Of a stretch of DNA of 64,000 nt, positions 1 to 11,448 are shown piece after piece. The stretch's first letter is position 1; the number at the start of each line of letters is the position of its first letter. The notes beneath the pieces were generated by a model. It saw nothing but the letters and a program-made list of their open reading frames with translations, searched no databases and was not told the DNA's origin. The stretch is from Mustelus asterias (taxonomy: Eukaryota): positions 248,001 through 312,000 of the forward strand of contig NW_027590136.1 in NCBI RefSeq assembly GCF_964213995.1, in the 5' to 3' direction. The translations under genes were made by a program, and so were the position numbers.

Positions 1-127
1 TCAGCCCATCGAGCCTGCACTGACAACAATCCCATCCAGGCCCTATCCACATATTTACCTGTTAATCTCCCTGATACCAAGTGGCAATTTATCATGGCCA
101 AATTATCATGGCAATTATCATGGCCAG

Positions 128-470
128 GGGTGGCGCGGTAGCACAGTGGTTAGCACTGCTGCTTCACAGCTCCAGGGACCTGGGTTCGATTCCCGCTTGG
201 GTCACTGTCTGTGTGGAATTTGCACATTCTCCTTGTGTCTGCGTGGGTTTCCTCCGGGTGCTCCGGTTTCCTCCCACAGTCCAAAGATGTGCAGATTCGG
301 TTGATTGGCCATGCTAAAATTGCCCCTTAGTGTCCTGGGATGCGTAGATTAGAGGGATTAGCGGGTAGAATATGTAGGGATATGGGGGTAGGGCCTGGGT
401 GGGATTGTGGTCGGAGCAGACTCGATGGGCTGAATGGCCTCTTTCTGTACTGTAGGGTTTCTATGATTTC
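128..470 (+). mobile_element. tRNA-derived shark SINE (HE1-like), inserted into an older minus-strand SINE
   Basis: GGTGGCGCGGTAGCACAGTGGTTAGCACTG A-box, GGTTCGATTCCC B-box, conserved body and CR1-like 3' tail. Confidence 0.85.
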
Positions 471-474
471 TATG

Positions 475-650
475 AATCTGTCTAACCGGCACATCTTTGG
501 ACTGTGGAAGGAAACCGGAACACCCGGAGGAAACCCACACAGACACGGGGAGAATGTAGAAACTCTGCACAGACAGCGACCCGAGGCTGGAATTGAACCC
601 GGGTCCCTGGCGCTGTTAGGCAGCTGCACTAACCACTGTGCCACCGGGCC
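475..650 (-). mobile_element. tRNA-derived SINE 5' part (its tail lies at 1-100)
   Basis: Reverse complement of the SINE head; uninterrupted paralog at 24405-24715. Confidence 0.8.
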
Positions 651-700
651 ACATGTCAGTGCCATCGCCCGACTCCAGCCCAGTCTCAGCTCATCTGGAA

Positions 701-868
701 CCCTCACCCATTCCATTGTGACGTCACTCTCTCCATCCCGTTCCATTGTGACGTCACACCCTCACCCATTCCATTGTGACGTCACACCCTCACCCGTTCC
801 ATTGTGACGTCACACCCTCACCCATTCCATTGTGACGTCACACTCTCACCCATTCCATTGTGACGTCA
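701..868. repeat. 28-bp minisatellite, each unit with a palindromic CRE TGACGTCA (6 units)
   Basis: TGACGTCA at 719, 749, 777, 805, 833 and 861. Confidence 0.95.
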
Positions 869-869
869 G

Positions 870-1450
870 GGCTTCACTCTCCGATCACAATCCCTGCCGG
901 CCTCCCACATGCAGCCTCAATGGCGGCAGTCAGCCCGGGTCTAACACTACAAGCTGCCGCTCCATTTGGTACAAAGGGGGGGACCGGGAAGTTCATTTCC
1001 GGGGATTGGGTTTGAGTTTGAACAACATGTTTACAAAGTCTCTCCACCCACCCGCCACATTTATCATTCCCCGCACGCCGCCCTCTACCTTGTATTGATC
1101 TCGCTTCCAAACTAAAACCGGCCGTCTGCCATTACCCGCACTGATGTGGAGATGCCGGCGTTGGACTGGGGTAAACACAGCAACAAGTCAAACAACACCA
1201 GGTAAAAGTCCAACAGGTTTATCTGGTTCACCCGCACTGCGCATGCTTCAGGTCCCGCCCCTCATTCACTCCGATTGGTTGGAGGACCAGCCGCTCCTGC
1301 TTAGTCCTTCAGTCCCGCCCCCTCTTCCTATTGGTCCGGAGCTGCCGTCAATCAGTGCCCGGGCATTGTGATGTGGAGCATGCGCAGTGTCATTGCTATC
1401 CTTGGCGCTTGTTTGTCCCGGAGAAGCGGAGTCAGCGTTAGGCGGTGGCT
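870..1450 (+). promoter_or_regulatory. CpG-rich ZNF promoter module, copy 1 (NRF1-like TGCGCATG, CCAAT boxes, GC boxes, ETS-like CGGGAAG)
   Basis: Motifs are visible; the same module precedes the ZNF genes at 22780 and 42306 in inverted orientation. Confidence 0.65.
1144..1229 (-). mobile_element. Short Penelope-derived terminal-repeat insertion with 10-bp TSD (ACCCGCACTG)
   Basis: Matches the element end at 17730-17805; absent from the paralog at ~23915. Confidence 0.75.
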
Positions 1451-1801
1451 GGGAGGATTTGGAAACACTTTGTGGATCCGCAAACCCTTCAGAATCATTG
1501 TCAGCTCCCTGGTTTGCAGCTGCGGGGCTTCTCCCTCCCTCCCTCCCTCCCTCCCGGGAACAGGCCCAGGTTAACGGCCCCATCCTGGCTCAGCCACTGG
1601 AGGATGGTTCACATCAGAGGATGGGGGAGGGGGACAATAAATAAGAGGTTACACTTTGGCCTCAAATCAATGAGGACTCTGATCTCTGGGAAGGAAGGAA
1701 ACCCTGGGAGGTGGGCGGGGAGGATTCACAAACACCCGCTGGAGGCCCCAACATTGGTTTTATTGTCAGTCTGCAGACAGGAGCTGGAGAACTGAACCCA
1801 G

Positions 1802-1964
1802 TAAGAGTTTTAACAACACCAGGTTAAAGTCCAACAGGTTTATTTGGTAGCAAACACCATTAGCTACCATTAGGTGTTTGCTACCAAATAAACCTGTTGG
1901 ACTCTAACCTGGTGTTAAAACTCTTACTGTGTTCACCCCAGTCCAACGCCGGCATCTCCACATC
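1802..1964. mobile_element. Fold-back Penelope-derived mini-element with 14-bp TSD AGAACTGAACCCAG
   Basis: Inverted arms at ~1801-1858 and ~1873-1927; TSD at 1788-1801 and 1965-1978; absent from the paralogs at ~23350 and ~42880. Confidence 0.8.
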
Positions 1965-2519
1965 AGAACTGAACCCAGACAGAGGAGAGGGAGGGAGCAA
2001 ACTGGGAGTGGAGAAAAGAAATTGTGAGGTGGGTTTGGATTTCAGCCCAGGGAGGAGGGAGAGTTTGTGGGACAGGAATTTATTGATTGGGGAACAAGAG
2101 AGGAAGAAATGTTCCAGAGAATTAGAATTGCCTGTTCAAAATTTCTATCCTGGACTGACAGTGATTAATTTTGTAAACTCCTTTTACAGGTGAGGTGAAG
2201 AAACATCACATCAAAATCAGACAGAGTCTCGATTCACTTGGACTTAAATATCCTCCGACTTTGAATGTGGAAGAAGAAATGTTTGTCTTCTGTCTGGAGG
2301 AGAAGATTTCAAACATCAGCGTGACTGAAAAAGCACCAAGATACGCGCACACCCGAGTGAGAGTGTTTCAGTGAGTTGACTGTGGAAAGAGCTTTATCCA
2401 GTTACGCAGCCTTAAAAAACATCACAGCATTCACAGCGAGGAGAAACTGTACACGTATTGTGTGTGGATGAGGCTTCAACTGATCGTTTAACCTGGAGAA
2501 ACATCAGGACACCAGCACC

Positions 2520-3359
2520 ATGGAGAAACCGTGGAAATGTGGGGACTGTGGGAAAGGATTCAGTTACCCTTCTCTGCTGGAAAACCATCGGCGCAGTCAC
2601 ACTGGTGAGAGACCGTTCACCTGTTCTGTCTGTGGGGAGGGATTCATTCAGTCACCTGGCCTTTGGTCTCACCAGAGAATTCACACTGAGGAAAAGCCAT
2701 TCACCTGCACCTCCTGTGGGAAGAGGTTCAGGCATTCTTCAGCACTCACTGTGCACCAACGCACTCACACCGGGGAGAGACCATTCATCTGCTCCGACTG
2801 TGGGAAGGGATTCACTCAGTCATTCCACCTGCTGTCACACCAGCGAGTTCATTCTGGGGAGAGGCCGTTCACCTGCTCCGACTGTGGGAAGGGATTCACT
2901 GGGTCATCCCACTTACTGTCACACCAGCGAGTTCACATTGAGGAGAAGCCATTCAGCTGCACTGACTGTGGACGGAGTTTCAGACAGGCATCCTCCCTCA
3001 TTGCACACCAGCGAATTCACACTGGGGAGAGACCGTTTACTTGCTTTGTGTGTGGAAAGGGATTCACAGTTTTACCCACCCTGCTGAGACACCAGAAAAT
3101 TCACACTGAAGAGAAGCCATTCAGCTGCACTGACTGTGGAAAGAATTTCAGGCAGTCATCCAACCTCACTGCTCACCGACGCACTCACACTGCAGAAAGA
3201 CCATTCACATGCTCAGTGTGTGGGAAGGGATTCAATCGGCCATCCAACCTCTCTGCTCACCAGCGAGTTGACACAGGGGAGAGGCCATTCACTTGCTCCG
3301 TGTGTGGGAAAGGATTCGCAGTCTTTCAACCTGCTGGCTCACCAACGCACTCACACTAA
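2520..3359 (+). CDS. C2H2 zinc-finger protein; 8 intact fingers, then a degenerate and frameshifted tail running to 3441
   Basis: CxxC-x12-HxxxH repeats with TGERPF linkers; Kozak ACCATGG start. Confidence 0.85.
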   Translation: MEKPWKCGDCGKGFSYPSLLENHRRSHTGERPFTCSVCGEGFIQSPGLWSHQRIHTEEKPFTCTSCGKRFRHSSALTVHQRTHTGERPFICSDCGKGFTQSFHLLSHQRVHSGERPFTCSDCGKGFTGSSHLLSHQRVHIEEKPFSCTDCGRSFRQASSLIAHQRIHTGERPFTCFVCGKGFTVLPTLLRHQKIHTEEKPFSCTDCGKNFRQSSNLTAHRRTHTAERPFTCSVCGKGFNRPSNLSAHQRVDTGERPFTCSVCGKGFAVFQPAGSPTHSH

Positions 3360-4704
3360 GAGGCCATTCAACTACTCTGTGTGTGGGAAGGGATTCACTC
3401 AGTCACAATGGCTCCTGAGACATCAACAAGTTCACAAGTGACTGCAGGGGTTGGATTCTGCTGTTTTTGCTGCTATTCAGTATTGACAGTCTGACAATAT
3501 TTTATTTCTGCTGATGTGAACAAACCCTATAACTAGCTGGAATTTAATATTCTGGAAGTGTCACTGATTTTCCGGGCTGCAATGTCACTTTTTAAAAGCA
3601 CCACCAGTGATCTTCCCTCTTAACTGAAGAACTCTCAACAGGAACCTGTTTAGAATAAAGTTAAGAACTTTTGCTTCAATTCTAATTTGATCTTTGGGCA
3701 AAATCTACAATTCAGTCTCTGAAAGATCCATCTGCAGGGCACAAAGTATTTATTTTCAATGCTTGTATTGAGATTTTCTGGAAAGCTACTCTTTGATTTT
3801 TAAGGGCTATTTTTTGGTTTCCAGGGCATCGTTTTCCATTCTCAGTAACTCCTTTATTAGTGATGTAGTCACGTAGTAACATTACCTTTTGTGTTTCTGT
3901 TAGTTTACTTCTTTGAATAAGATAGCACAAATACTGAAGACTGTGTATACATTAAATCTTTTAAATTGGAATCTATGAATGATATGTTGTGTTAATTTAC
4001 TTTAAAAATACTCCCATACTCTTTCCAAAATGAGAATTCTAACTATTGGACACAAGGTAACTGAATCAGATATTCATTGGTTCAGACGGTGGAGCAGGAA
4101 AAATCTCTCCCGATTCTGATCTTCATTGTGTGTGGATTTACATTGATAACCCATCAATAACCTCACTACACCAGCTGAGATCAGCTCTGACCGGGGATTC
4201 TGTATGTTGTCTGTGAACGTTCAACTGCAAATAAAAGCAGTTTAGAATATGAACCTGGATGAATGGATCTCAATTTCTAATGTGACGACCCAAGTGATTG
4301 GTAAGTATGTTCACAATATCTGGTTACTCCAATTCCTGAGCTGTAAACCCCACCTCCTGAGATATATAAAAATAATTGAGACTTGTTCAGCAGAATGGGG
4401 AAAGCTCTGCCGATGGTTGGATCATTCCTTTTGAGGCTCACACTGCTATGAAACTAGTTCTGTAGCAGGAAGACACAACTCCTCCACACATCACCGATAG
4501 GCTGCTGAGTCAGTGAACTTTTCTCAAAATAGGTGGCAAAGCTGTTCCTCCAGTTTGAGACTCTGTCTCTGCAGATGTAGCAACATCGGGAGAGACAGAA
4601 TCTGTGATTGGAGGAGATGGTCCTCACAGTTTCTGTCTCTCCCATGTACAGGATGATTTATTTTCTTCCAGTTGCTCCTCCCAAGACAGAATTTCTGCGG
4701 GCCT

Positions 4705-5290
4705 TTTGGCAAGTCATGTTGCAGCTTTATAGAACCTCAGTTAGGCCGCACTTGGAATATAGTGTTCAATTCTGGTCGCCACACTACCAGAAAGGCTTTG
4801 GAGAGTGGAGAGGGTACAGAAAAGATCTACCAGAATGTTGCCTGGCATGGAGGGCATTAGCTATGAGAAGAGGTTGGAGAAACTTGGTTTGTTCTCACTG
4901 GAACGACGCAGGTTGAGGGCGATCTGACAAAGTCTACAAGATTGTGAGGGGCTTGGGCAAAGTGGATAGAAGCTTTTTCCCAGGGTAGAAGAGTCAATTA
5001 CTCGGGGGCACAGGTTTAAGGTGCGAGGGGCAAGGTTTAAAGGAGATGTACGAGGCAGGTTTTTTACCCAGAGGGTGGTGGGTGCCTCGAACTCGCTGCC
5101 GGGGGAGGAAGTGGAAGTAGATACAATAGTGACTTTTAAGAGGCGTCTTGACAAATACATGAATAGGATGGGAATGGAGGGATATGGTCCCCAGAAGGGT
5201 AGGGGGTTTCAGTTCAGTCGGGCAGCATGGTTGGTGCAGGCTTGGAGGGTCGAAGGAATGTTCCTGTGCTGTAATTTTCTTTGTTTTCTT
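4705..5290 (+). mobile_element. CR1 LINE 3' fragment
   Basis: LYRTSVRPHLEYSVQFWSPHY and RFFTQRVV motifs. Confidence 0.9.
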
Positions 5291-6753
5291 TTGAGAGTGA
5301 ATTCACCATCCACAGCCATTTATTTTGAACCCTGGTTTGAAATATTCTCACTCTGGGTTTAAGGCTTCACGGCGTAATACACAGATTTAGATCTTACCAC
5401 CAAACACCAATTCATATCCTCATCCGAGTCCCAGATTTAAATGTGGTTGTCCAAACTAGAAAACATATATAATTTGACTCTTTTTAAACCTGATTCACCA
5501 CACCCTGCCACACTAATTACAAGAGATTGTGTTTGGGACCAGTTGTTCCACTAATGTGTTGTTCTCAATGATGACAGTTTTAACCTCTCCGTAACCTGTC
5601 CTAACCCTTCTGCCCTCCAGGGGGCTCTGTTTTTCTGATGGTGACATTCCCTGTTTACCCAGTCAGCCCTTGAATTGTTTGTGAATCTCGTCACATGTCG
5701 GTTAGACTGGATCAGGGCGGCAGATTTCCTTCCTTAAAGGGCATTACAGAACCAGATGTGTTTTTACAACAATTAATTCATGCTCATCAATATTTTTATT
5801 GAAACGTGGTGGGATTCAAACCCAGGTCCCAAACTCATTATAATAAATAGAGAAAATGCTGGATAAACTCAGCAGGTCGGTTCTTTTCAGAACTCCAGCA
5901 TCTGCTGGATTTTGCTTTACCTCCAAATCATTCTCCTGGATTACTCCTGCTCTGGCTCTAATTCCAGTCAGCTCAGACAACAAAAACAGGTTTCACAAAA
6001 TCACAAACATTTAAAAAAGGAGGTAGTCAAAAGGCAGGTAACTATAGGCTGGTTAGCTTAACTTCTGTAGGAGAGAAAATGCTTGAATCTATCATCAGGG
6101 AAGAAATAGCGAGACATCTGGATATAAATTGTCTCATTGGTAAGACGCAGCATGGGTTCATGAAGGGCAGGTCATGTTTGAGTAATTTGGTGGAATTCTT
6201 TGAGAACATTACATGTGCAGTGGACAATGGGGAACCTGTGGATGTGGTGTATCTGGATTTCAAGAAGGCATTTGACAAGGTGCCGCACCAAAGACTGCTA
6301 CATAAGATAAAGGTGCACAGTGTTACGGGTAATGTATTAGCATGGATAGAGGATTGGTTAACTAACAGAAAGCAAAGAGTGGGGGTAAATGGGTGTTTTT
6401 CTGGTTGGCGATCAGTGACTAGTGGTGTGCCTCAGGGATCAGTGTTGGGACCGCAATTGTTTACGATTTACATAGATGATTTGGAGTTGGGGACCAAGTG
6501 TAGTGTGTCAAAATTCGCAGATGACACTAAGCAAAGTGTGCAGAGGACGCTGAAAGTCTGCAAAGGGATATAGATAATCTAAGTGAGTGGGCGAGGGTCT
6601 GGCAAATGGGGTACAATGTTGGTAAATGTGAGGTCATCCATTTTGGTAGGAATAACAGCAAAATTGACTATTATTTAAATGGGAAAAAATTGCAGCGTGC
6701 TACTGTGCAGAGGCCAAGCTGATTGGAGGAGGGAAAGCAATTCCTCCTCCAAG

Positions 6754-6790
6754 ACTTGATCTCATTTGCATCTTAGCCAAAAGGCCGAGA
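6754..6790 (-). ncRNA. U2 snRNA 5'-end fragment (not a full gene)
   Basis: Minus strand reads TCTCGGCCTTTTGGCTAAGAT (21-nt match to the U2 5' end as I recall it), then AGATCAAGT after a short insertion. Confidence 0.7.
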
Positions 6791-6854
6791 TACTGCTTTA
6801 AAAAATTGCTTCATATGAAACATATGAAGCTTCAATGTAACCTAATGACCTCAA

Positions 6855-7566
6855 ACAAACCTCTGCAAGACGTGCCGGATCATTGACACGGATGCCATCA
6901 TCTCACGTGAGAACACCATCTACCAAGTACACGGTACCTACTCTTGCAACTCGGCCAACATTGTCTACCTGATACGCTGCAGGAAAGGATGTCCCGAGGC
7001 ATGGTACATTGGGGAAACCATACAGACGCTACGACAACGGATGAATGAACACCGCTCGACAATCACCAGGCAAGACTGTTCTCTTCCTCTGGGGGAGCAC
7101 TTCAGCAGTCACGGGCATTCAGCCTTGGATCTTCAGGTAAGCGTTCTCCAAGGCAGCCTTCACGACACACGACAGCGCAGTCGCTGAGCAGAAACTGATA
7201 GCCAAGTTCCGCACACATGAGGACGGCCTAAACCGGGATGTTGGATTCATGTCACATTATCAGTAACCCCCACAGCTTGCCTCCTGGGCTTGTAGAATCT
7301 CACTAGCTGTTCTGTCTGGAGACAATACACATTTCTTTAACCTGTGTTTAATTTTCCCTCCACCCACATTGTCTGTACCTTTAAGACCTGGCTGGTTAGA
7401 GGATACGCATTCTAATCAGTATTCTGCAACTTGATTTTGTCTGTTTGCACTGTTTGAGAGCACATTTCCACTCCATCTGACGAAGGAGCAGTGCTCCGAA
7501 AGCTTATGGTATTTGCTACCAAATAAACCTGTTGGACTTTAACCTGGTGTTGTGAGACTTCTTACG
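6855..7566 (+). mobile_element. Penelope-like element 3' fragment (GIY-YIG endonuclease plus terminal repeat)
   Basis: Translates as IVYLIRCRKGCPEAWYIGET..LRQRMNEH. Confidence 0.85.
7473..7509 (+). ncRNA. Minimal type-I hammerhead ribozyme motif
   Basis: CCAT-CTGACGA-A-GGAGC-AGT-GCTCC-GAAA-GC-TT-ATGG. Confidence 0.75.
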
Positions 7567-8269
7567 CTGTGCAGAGGGACAGGGGTGTCCTTGTGCAGGA
7601 ATCTCAAAGAGTTGGTTTGCAGGTGCAACAGGTAATTAAGAAGGCAAATGGAATTTTGTCCTTCATTGCGAGAGGGATGGAGTTTAAAAACAGTGAGATT
7701 ATGTTGCAGCTGTATAAGGTGCTGGTGAGGCCACACCTGGAGTACTGTGTACAGTTTTGGTCTCCTTACTTGAGAAAGGATATACTGGCACTGGAGGGGG
7801 TGCAGAGGAGATTCACGAGGTTGATTCTGGAGTTGAGAGGGTTGGCTTATGAGGAGAGACTGAGTAAATTGGGGCTATGCTCATTGGAATTCAGAAGAAT
7901 GAGGGGAGATCTTATAGAAACATATAAGATTATGAAGGGAATAGATTAGAAGCAGGGAAGTTGTTTCCACTGGCAGGTGAAACTAGAACTTGGGGGCATA
8001 GCCTCAAAATAAGGGGAAGCAGATTTAGGACTGAGTTGAGGAGGAACTTCTTCAAACAAAGGGTTGTGAATCTGTGGAATTCCCTGCCCAGTGAAGCAGT
8101 TGGGGCTACCTCATTGAATGTTTTTAAGGCAAGAATAGATAAATTATTGAACAGTAAAGGAATTAAGGGCTATGGTGAGCGGGCGTGTAAGTGGAGCTGA
8201 GTCCACAAAAAGATCAGCCATGAGGCTCGAGGGGCCAGATGGCCACCTCCTGCTCCTAGTTCTTATGTT

Positions 8270-8362
8270 CTTCCCACAATCCCCACATTTCCATGGCATC
8301 TCCCTGTGACTGCAAATTATGTTCCAAAAGGCCAGATGATTGGTTGAAGCTTTCACCACACC
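8270..8362 (-). pseudogene. ZNF relic truncated by a CR1 insertion
   Basis: CGESFNQSSGLLEH and [10 protein letters not shown] in two frames. Confidence 0.6.
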
Positions 8363-9959
8363 TGACTAAACCTCTGACTAACCTGACTAAAACTGAGGAT
8401 AAAGTATTGGTGTCTGTAAGGGCTAAAATAATACCCTTGGCTTCCTTGTAGATCTGTGGCATCAAGTTCACGACTCCTTCATGAATCATCCTCTTGGCCT
8501 CTCACCTGTCAACTGTCCATGAGAATCTTACATGTTTCAGAATGTTGACTGCTCATTCTTCCAAACCCAATGAGTATAGGTGCAACCCTTCCCCAAAAGA
8601 CAACGAGTTGGATTCTTTGGCCTCACTTCCCCAAAACTGGAGAATCCCCCCCCCCCGCCCCACCGAGGTCAAAGGACCTTTGTGTGGTCCACCCCCCGGC
8701 CTGCTACGATTCCTGTGGTGGGTGGGATGGGAGAATTCTCCCCTACACCTTCACAACCCTTTCCTCAAAAGACAACACCTTCATCTTAGAACTTTCTCTG
8801 AACTCATTCCAATGAAAACATGTCATTCCATAAGTAGGGAGACCAGAACCGCACACAGTATTCCAGCTGCTATCTCAGCAATGTCCTGTGTAGGTGCAGC
8901 AAGTTCCCTTTCTCAAACTCCACCCCCTTGCAGTAAAGTCCAACACTCCATTTGCCTTCTTCTTTACTTGCTGTACCTTCATCCTATTTGTTCACGATTC
9001 ATGTACAAGGACACCCAGATTCCTCTCTACGGCAGTATTCTTCAGTTTCTGTATATTTAAACAATTTTTTGCTTCTCCACTCTTCCTGCCAAAGTGGAAA
9101 AGCTCCCACTTTCCCACACTATACTCCATCTGCCATTTTTCTGTCCATTCAGGTAACTTATCTGTGTCCCTTACAGATTTTTTGTAATAACCTCACAACT
9201 TGCTTTTCTACCTATGTTTGTATCATCAATTCTGGCTTCATCCAAGTCATTGATCAAGGTGGCTGTTTTTCTCTCTCTCAGTTGTGGGTGATATTTGTCT
9301 CTATTCTCCTGGAAACTGAATGAATCTTGTTCCAAACTGGGTTCAATATCAGACATTTCAGGGAGTCAGGAATCATTCGCCCCTGAACCTACACTGGTAA
9401 AACCCCAGGCAGTTCCTCAGTAAGGATTTTTCTGGTTCCTCACCATATATTAGTCAGGATACTGAAACCCAGCTTTTTTACAGTCCACTCCTGGAGGCCC
9501 CACTCCCTGAGCCGACAACATTCAGCAGTGTCAGTGCTGAAGTTTCACAGTGGGAGTGATTCCCAGAGTAACTGTCAATCATATCACCATTGATGTCCAG
9601 GTTTGTGTATTTTTAGTTATCCTGATGTCTAACACACACACATCAATAAAACAGGGAATTCCTGCAAACAAACTGCAGCTTCTTCTCTATCTGGAAATCC
9701 AATGTTTGTTGAATAATTGTCCCAGCGGTTAACAGGCTCCTGTGAACTCATCCAACTCGTATTTTAATACTGACTTTAACAAATATATTTTAAATAGGTT
9801 TATTTTAAATGAGTTAAAACCAGCCTTAAAATGGTAGATATAGTATAATAACCATAGTACTTTCCAGACTGGAAACTTTAACCTGCTGTTTCACTTTCAT
9901 TTAGGAGCAGATCCCAGTTTTACACCAATCTCTGATTCAACAGCATTCACCGTCATTCT

Positions 9960-10135
9960 AAAAACAGAAGTTGCTGCAAAATCTCAGTAAGTCTGACAGA
10001 ATCTGTAAAGACAGGAACAATTAATGTTTCCAGTTGAATGTGACTCTTCTTCAGTGTCAAAACATTAGCTCTGTTTCTCTCTCCAGAGATGCTGTCAGAC
10101 CTGCTGAGTTTTTACAGCACTTCTTGTTTTTATTT
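9960..10135. mobile_element. Inverted-repeat non-autonomous element (GATGCTGTCAGACCTGCTGAG family) with a degenerate hammerhead-like core
   Basis: The arms are mutually reverse-complementary; minus strand shows CTGAAGA...GAAA. Confidence 0.55.
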
Positions 10136-10275
10136 ACGAGTTCAGGACTCAGACAAGACAATCCACAATACAAATCTTACAATTGGGCCAGGGTTTATTA
10201 ACATCAGCAGAAACAGACACCAATGAAAATGGTTGGGACCTCGATGTGATTAACAGCAAAATTCAGTCCTTGCAG

Positions 10276-10682
10276 TCACTCGTGAACATGATGGTGTTTC
10301 AGCAGGTGAGGTGACTGAGTGAATCCCTTCCCACACACGGAGCAGGTGAATGGCCTGTCCCCAGTGTGAATTCGCTGGTGCTTTACCAGGTTGGATGATT
10401 GACTGAATCCCTTGCCATAATCAGAGCAGGTGAATGGTCTCTCCCCAGTGTGAACTCGCTGGTGTCTCAGCAAGGTGGATGAATCAATAAATCCCTTCCC
10501 ACAACTGGAGCAAGTGAATGGCCTCTCTCCAGTGTGACTTGGCTGGTGTTTTAGCAGGTTGAATGACTGAGTAAATCCCTTCCCACACTCGGAGCAGATA
10601 AATGGCCTCTCCCCAGTGTGAATTCTCTGGTGTTTCAGCAGGTCGGATGAATCAGTGAATCCCTTCCCACAATCAGAGCATC
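10276..10682 (-). pseudogene. 5'-truncated ZNF array tail (5 finger repeats, one with C to Y) fused to the 3' UTR of the upstream ZNF
   Basis: The ORF switches from UTR-derived text (…TVGQWRG) directly into CSDCGKGF. Confidence 0.75.
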
Positions 10683-10773
10683 CTCTCCATTGACCAACTG
10701 TGAGAATGAACAAAATGCAGTTCTGGATGGAATTGAGAGCAGAAACAATAACAGCAGAATCCAACCCCTGGAA

Positions 10774-11448
10774 TCACTCGTGAACTCGCTGGTGTCTCAG
10801 CAGCAAGAATGAAACTCTGAATCCCTTCCCACAGTGAGGGCAGGTGAATGGACTCTCCCCAGTGTGAACTCGCTGGTGTGCCCGCAGGTTGGTTGAAGAA
10901 GTGAATCCCTTCCCACACTGAGAACACGTAAATGGTCTCTCCCCCGTGTGAACTCGCTGGTGCCTCCGCAGGTGGGATGAACAAGTGAATCCCTCCCCAC
11001 ACTGAGAGCAGGTGAATGGTCTCTCCCCAGTGTGAACTCGCTGGTGTGTCTGCAGGTCAGATAACTGAGTGAATCCCTTCGCACACTGACAGCAGGTGAA
11101 CGGTCTCTCCCCAGTGTGAACTCGCTGGTGCCTCCGCAGGTGGGATGACTGAGTGAATCCCTTCCCACACTGAGAGCAGGTGAATGGCCTCTCCCCAGTG
11201 TGAACTCGCTGGTGCCTCCGCAGGTTGTATAAATGACTGAATCCCTCCCCACACTGAGAACACGTGAGCAGTCTCTCCCCAGTGTGAACTCGCTGGTGTT
11301 TCTGCAGGCTGGATGACTGAGTGAATCCCTCCCCACACTGAGAGCAGGTGAATGGTCTCTCCCCAGTGTGGTTGCGCCGATGAACTTCCAGCTCAGACGG
11401 GTATCTGTATCCCTTCCCACAGTCCACACATTTCCATGGTTTCTCCAT
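10774..11448 (-). CDS. C2H2 zinc-finger protein, 8 fingers
   Basis: MEKPWKC start, intact array; paralog of 59576-60166. Confidence 0.88.
   Translation of the reverse strand: MEKPWKCVDCGKGYRYPSELEVHRRNHTGERPFTCSQCGEGFTQSSSLQKHQRVHTGERLLTCSQCGEGFSHLYNLRRHQRVHTGERPFTCSQCGKGFTQSSHLRRHQRVHTGERPFTCCQCAKGFTQLSDLQTHQRVHTGERPFTCSQCGEGFTCSSHLRRHQRVHTGERPFTCSQCGKGFTSSTNLRAHQRVHTGESPFTCPHCGKGFRVSFLLLRHQRVHE

Larger units (their letters stand above)
6012..8268 (+). mobile_element. CR1 LINE (reverse transcriptase to 3' end), interrupted at 6714-7566
   Basis: [32 protein letters not shown] and FADD motifs; resumes at 7567 after an 11-bp TSD. Confidence 0.92.

Noticed and set aside
128-200. tRNA genes at SINE heads
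   Set aside because: The A and B boxes continue into a SINE body and tail; no full cloverleaf or terminator
701-868. CRISPR-like array
   Set aside because: The units are tandem with no unique spacers, and the context is eukaryotic
5350-5400. SVYYAVKP-like V end on the minus strand
   Set aside because: No cysteine, no upstream framework motifs and no RSS
9546-9585. CACAGTG heptamer, plus the many CACAGTG/CACTGTG inside SINE heads
   Set aside because: No nonamer at 12- or 23-nt spacing
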